Shown here: positions 52,351 through 55,808 of the stretch, piece after piece
How positions within the stretch are numbered: the stretch's first letter is position 1
Layout: each line of letters opens with the position of its first letter
From: Hydrolagus affinis
Taxonomy: Eukaryota
DNA length: 55,808 bases
Reading direction: 5' to 3'
Assembly (NCBI GenBank): GCA_012026655.1
Contig: JAAILG010002313.1
Coordinates: 1 to 55,808, forward strand
The notes under the pieces: generated by a model
The model's database searches: none
The model's input: only the letters and a program-made list of their open reading frames with translations
What the model was told of the DNA's origin: nothing
Translations under genes and position numbers: made by a program

Positions 52351-53510
52351 CGATGAAATTTGTGAGAACATTGCCACTGTCTTCTTGTCTGCAGCTCGGG
52401 CAAATATCCTTTCGCATTGAGCTGCTTGCCTCTCTGCAGGAGAATCAAGGTGGATTCCAGGCTTTGGAAGTACGAGTGTGTCGTGTGTTCACAAAATATT
52501 ACTGAATGCAATAGATGTCTTCAAGCCAGTCTCTTGCCTCTGGGATCTGAGTCTTTTACTGGCAGTATGTAATTAATTCCTAGCTGTCATTTGCCAAGGA
52601 AAACAAGCTGGGGGAATGAAAAAAAAGCAAATTTCCTGCTATCTGTGATGTCTCTAATAAACCAGACGTTATGCTCATTTTATGTCTCATCTAAGAATGG
52701 TTAGTTACTTCTGCAGTAATTGCTAATTAGTCCCAGTGTGTAAATCTCAGCCAGTCTTCCCTATTTCCTTGACTCTTTACAATAGTAATGTTATTGTCAA
52801 TTCTTCATTTCAATGCTACCTTTAGATAAAACAGTAAGGATTTAACATGCGCGGTAAAACTCTAATCTGCCCGTCATTCAAACAAAGGGCTTCCTGTCAT
52901 TTTGTTTCCCTTATGTGACTTTGGAGAGGTGAATCTGACACTTTGCCACCAAAGGGACCATCATGCAGAAGAAAGTCTTTTGACCTGAACAAACCTGTGG
53001 TTTAGATCATTTAGATCACAGGTTGCAAACTAGCATTAACAAATCAACCAGACCAACTCTAAATCTGGAATGCTTACGAAGGAGGATGTGTGGTAATAAA
53101 TTAACATATAAAGTGTAAAAATATATATTTTTTCAGTGAGAAAATGCCGTTCTTGCATAGAAAGCCACTTCTGGCAGAGTCCATTAAAAGCTTTGGTTGC
53201 GCTGTGTGGACTATGCTTTCATCTGTCTGGCCTGTCATGAATAATTTTAATCATCAATAAGAAGTTTCCCCTGAGAAAGAAGTAATCCTTCAGCTGCTGA
53301 CTGGCACTACATCAGGAGCGTGGGGAATTGCTGGTTGTCTTTATGGGATGAACGATACTTGCGTAAGAACAGCATTCCACTCTTCAATACATCCTGTTTG
53401 CCTCTTTATTTAATTTATTTGTTTTGCAGTCATTAGTAATGCTGTGCTGCCCACTAATGACATTGGAGGAAGGACTGGTTCATCCAAACAAATAAAACAT
53501 AGTTATATAA

Positions 53511-53870
53511 TGTGGAGTCCTGTAGCTCGGTGGTTGGAGCACTCGCCTTAAAATTGAAAGACTTGGGTTTAATTCCAGGCAGGATGAAACCTTGGGCAAG
53601 TTTCCTTACTCCACAATATCCTATAATAATTACTCAAAAAAAGCCATAATAAATTGGTCAGTTCAATCCACGACTGTTTGTGGGACACTGCTATGTGCAA
53701 TTGGCTGCCGCGTTTCGCCCATAAATATAGAGTCAATTCACCTTACAGTATATTCTGTAATTAGACTTGCAGTATATTCTGTAATTAGACTTCTAGCTAT
53801 CTCAAATGAGACAGCTAGAAGTCGCAAAAAGTACTATGTCAAATGCAAGGATTATTATTAATATTATTAT
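53511..53870 (+). mobile_element. Full-length SINE, short variant, with an internal ~24-bp tandem duplication
   Basis: Head tgtggagtcctgtagctcggtggttggagc; cttgggcaag; Deu-like block; cagtatattctgtaattagactt occurs twice; (att)n tail. Confidence 0.92.
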
Positions 53871-54071
53871 ACTACACTTAAGATTTGTGAATTGGATAGG
53901 GAAGATTCTGAGATAGCAATAAAGGGGAACATAACCAAAAAAGAAAGGTAAGTATTGTACAGTATAATGTTGAGTGTTTCTCACTTTTACCTAAGAACTT
54001 TTAACTTAACCTTTATTCCCTTTCCCTGAAATAGTAGAAACAAACATCCTGTTGGACATCAGCATATGCTA

Positions 54072-54176
54072 CTAATAATAATCCTAGATTTGATTTAGTG
54101 TCTTATCACATCTTCGAGACGTCTCAAAGCACTTCACAGAATATATTGTTAAGTGAATTGACTGTATATTTTGTGG
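54072..54176 (-). mobile_element. SINE 3' tail fragment
   Basis: aataatcctagatttgat...gagacgtctcaaagcacttcacagaatata...gtgaattgactgtatattttgtgg. Confidence 0.88.
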
Positions 54177-55541
54177 AAAAAACTAAAGCATAAGGCAATG
54201 TATATTTTGTTCCTCTCTTCCTGTGGCAGGTGAAAGTCTCCAGCAGATCTTCAAAGCCAAACAGCTTTAGATCAAGTAACTCGCACCACTGCTCTCCAAG
54301 TGTTGCTAGCTTTGTGAATGTTAACTGGTCCCCTTTATACTGTGTAAAAATAGATTGGAAATATTTTGAAGAAATGTCATGAGATCCAATCCCTCAGCAT
54401 ACATGACTCCTTAAAAAAAGGCATGTTCAGAAATATCAATGTGCGAAAGGCTGTGAGGAACCAAATTCTTATACCCAGATTTCAGCTTCGGGGATCAATC
54501 CCAATGGGAAAGAGTCGAAAACTTACTTAACCGTTCTTCTCTGACTACTTCCTCCATAGCTCTTGACGTCACTAGAATGGAGAGGGATCAGGACTATTTT
54601 TGAACTGGAAGATGAGTGAGTTAATGATATAGTGAATGACCCGAGAGGCCAATCCACCTAGGTCACTAAAGCTATGATTTTTTTGGTATCTAGTTCTCCA
54701 GTATGGCAGCAAACAGTTCAGCTCTGACATTAACAAAGGAAGGAATTCTGAGTTTTGACAAACATGTACTTTGCCAACATTTTCCTTTATTTTGTGGATT
54801 ATACCAATCAGTTGCCATTTAAAATTACAATTTCAAATGAGAAACTTCTAAAAATGCAAGAATATGATTCTCCACATACTGTGTTTGAAGAGTGACAAGA
54901 CTTTGGTTTGATTGCCTTATAGTTTTAAACTCAGTCTGAAAAATCCTGCAGCATAAAAGCACCCTGAGACAAGTGGTTCGAGGTTGATGTACTTAACTAA
55001 GGTGTACATTTAAATGATTCATGAGGCTGGAAACTCATTGTGTACTGGTTTGAATGACTCAATTAAGTTAATTAGTTAACTTACCTTTTATACTTTATGT
55101 TACAAAGCGTTAGATGGCACTGTCATGAGCTGTAATGTTAAACAAGAGGTTAAGTCAGGTCAGACTAATCCATCATGAAGGATGTAAGAAAGACCATCTG
55201 CTTTGATGGTGATATTAAGTGTAAACTGTTCCGATGTCAATTGGTTATTATTCTCCACACTTACCTAGACAGAAGGTCATGCAATCCTTTCAGCCTGTTT
55301 ATTTTCCCTGTTGCAAGCCTGCACCCCCAGATCAAAATAGGGCTTGGGCGGATGTTTTCAAAGAACAGGGCAAATTGACTCGCAGAACAACAAATTAAAC
55401 TGTTGGCAAGTATGGATGTTTCTGACAGCAGAACACAACAGTGGGAAGTCAACCATGACCAAGAATTCATTAGTGTATTTATTTTATATTATACTGTATT
55501 ATATTTTTTCACACACAATACACAGTCACTCCACTTCACAG

Positions 55542-55808
55542 TAGGGAACGTCGATATGGATATTTTCCCGATTAAATATATCGATGGGCTCATATCGAGA
55601 TATACCGAAATATCGATTTTTTCGTACTGCGCATACTCGCGCATTCGGACTGCGCGCGCATTCGGACTGCGCGCGCATTCGGGGCCTATCTTCTCAGGAG
55701 GTAAATATCTTTCTCTCTCTGTGTCTCTCACCCTCTCCATCTCTGTGTTTTTCTGTCTGTGTGTCTCTGTGTCTCTCTCCCTCTCTTCCTCTCTCCTCTC
55801 TCACATCC
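55542..55808. mobile_element. Left end of a putative young hAT-like DNA transposon, running off the window
   Basis: Abrupt CpG-rich start TAGGGAACGTCGATAT, repeated CGAT/ATCG motifs, 17-bp tandem gcattcggactgcgcgc (55641-55682), then CT-rich microsatellite; second TIR not visible. Confidence 0.55.

Noticed and set aside
1315-55740. The supplied short ORFs as protein-coding genes
   Set aside because: All are 124 aa or shorter, many start at non-ATG codons or overlap repeats, and none shows a recognisable cellular protein domain

Overview
AT-rich, CpG-depleted eukaryotic DNA with no supportable protein-coding gene. It reads as vertebrate intergenic or large-intron sequence, and the repeat set (tRNA-headed CORE/Deu-type SINEs with L2-like tails, L2 and CR1 LINE remnants) suggests a cartilaginous fish, probably a chimaera (inference). 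The listed ORFs look like chance ORFs or retroelement debris. Supported content: about 15 copies or fragments of one SINE family, many 5'-truncated L2 3' ends, CR1 3' remnants, a complete TA-flanked Tigger/pogo-like MITE (22259-22991), the left end of a young CpG-rich hAT-like element (from 55542), and a 100-N gap. Most interesting: (1) an unidentified ~370-bp dispersed element (21433, 51972, short copy at 44054) that folds into multiple hairpins, with one copy followed by a near-canonical type I hammerhead-like motif; (2) frequent TACAGTA/TACTGTA motifs, three of which align as 5-bp insertions against paralogous sequence, as expected for Tc1/mariner excision footprints; (3) a covarying 3' stem-loop shared by three retroposon tails. 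Alignments and folds were done by eye, and family names come from recalled motifs, not database searches.
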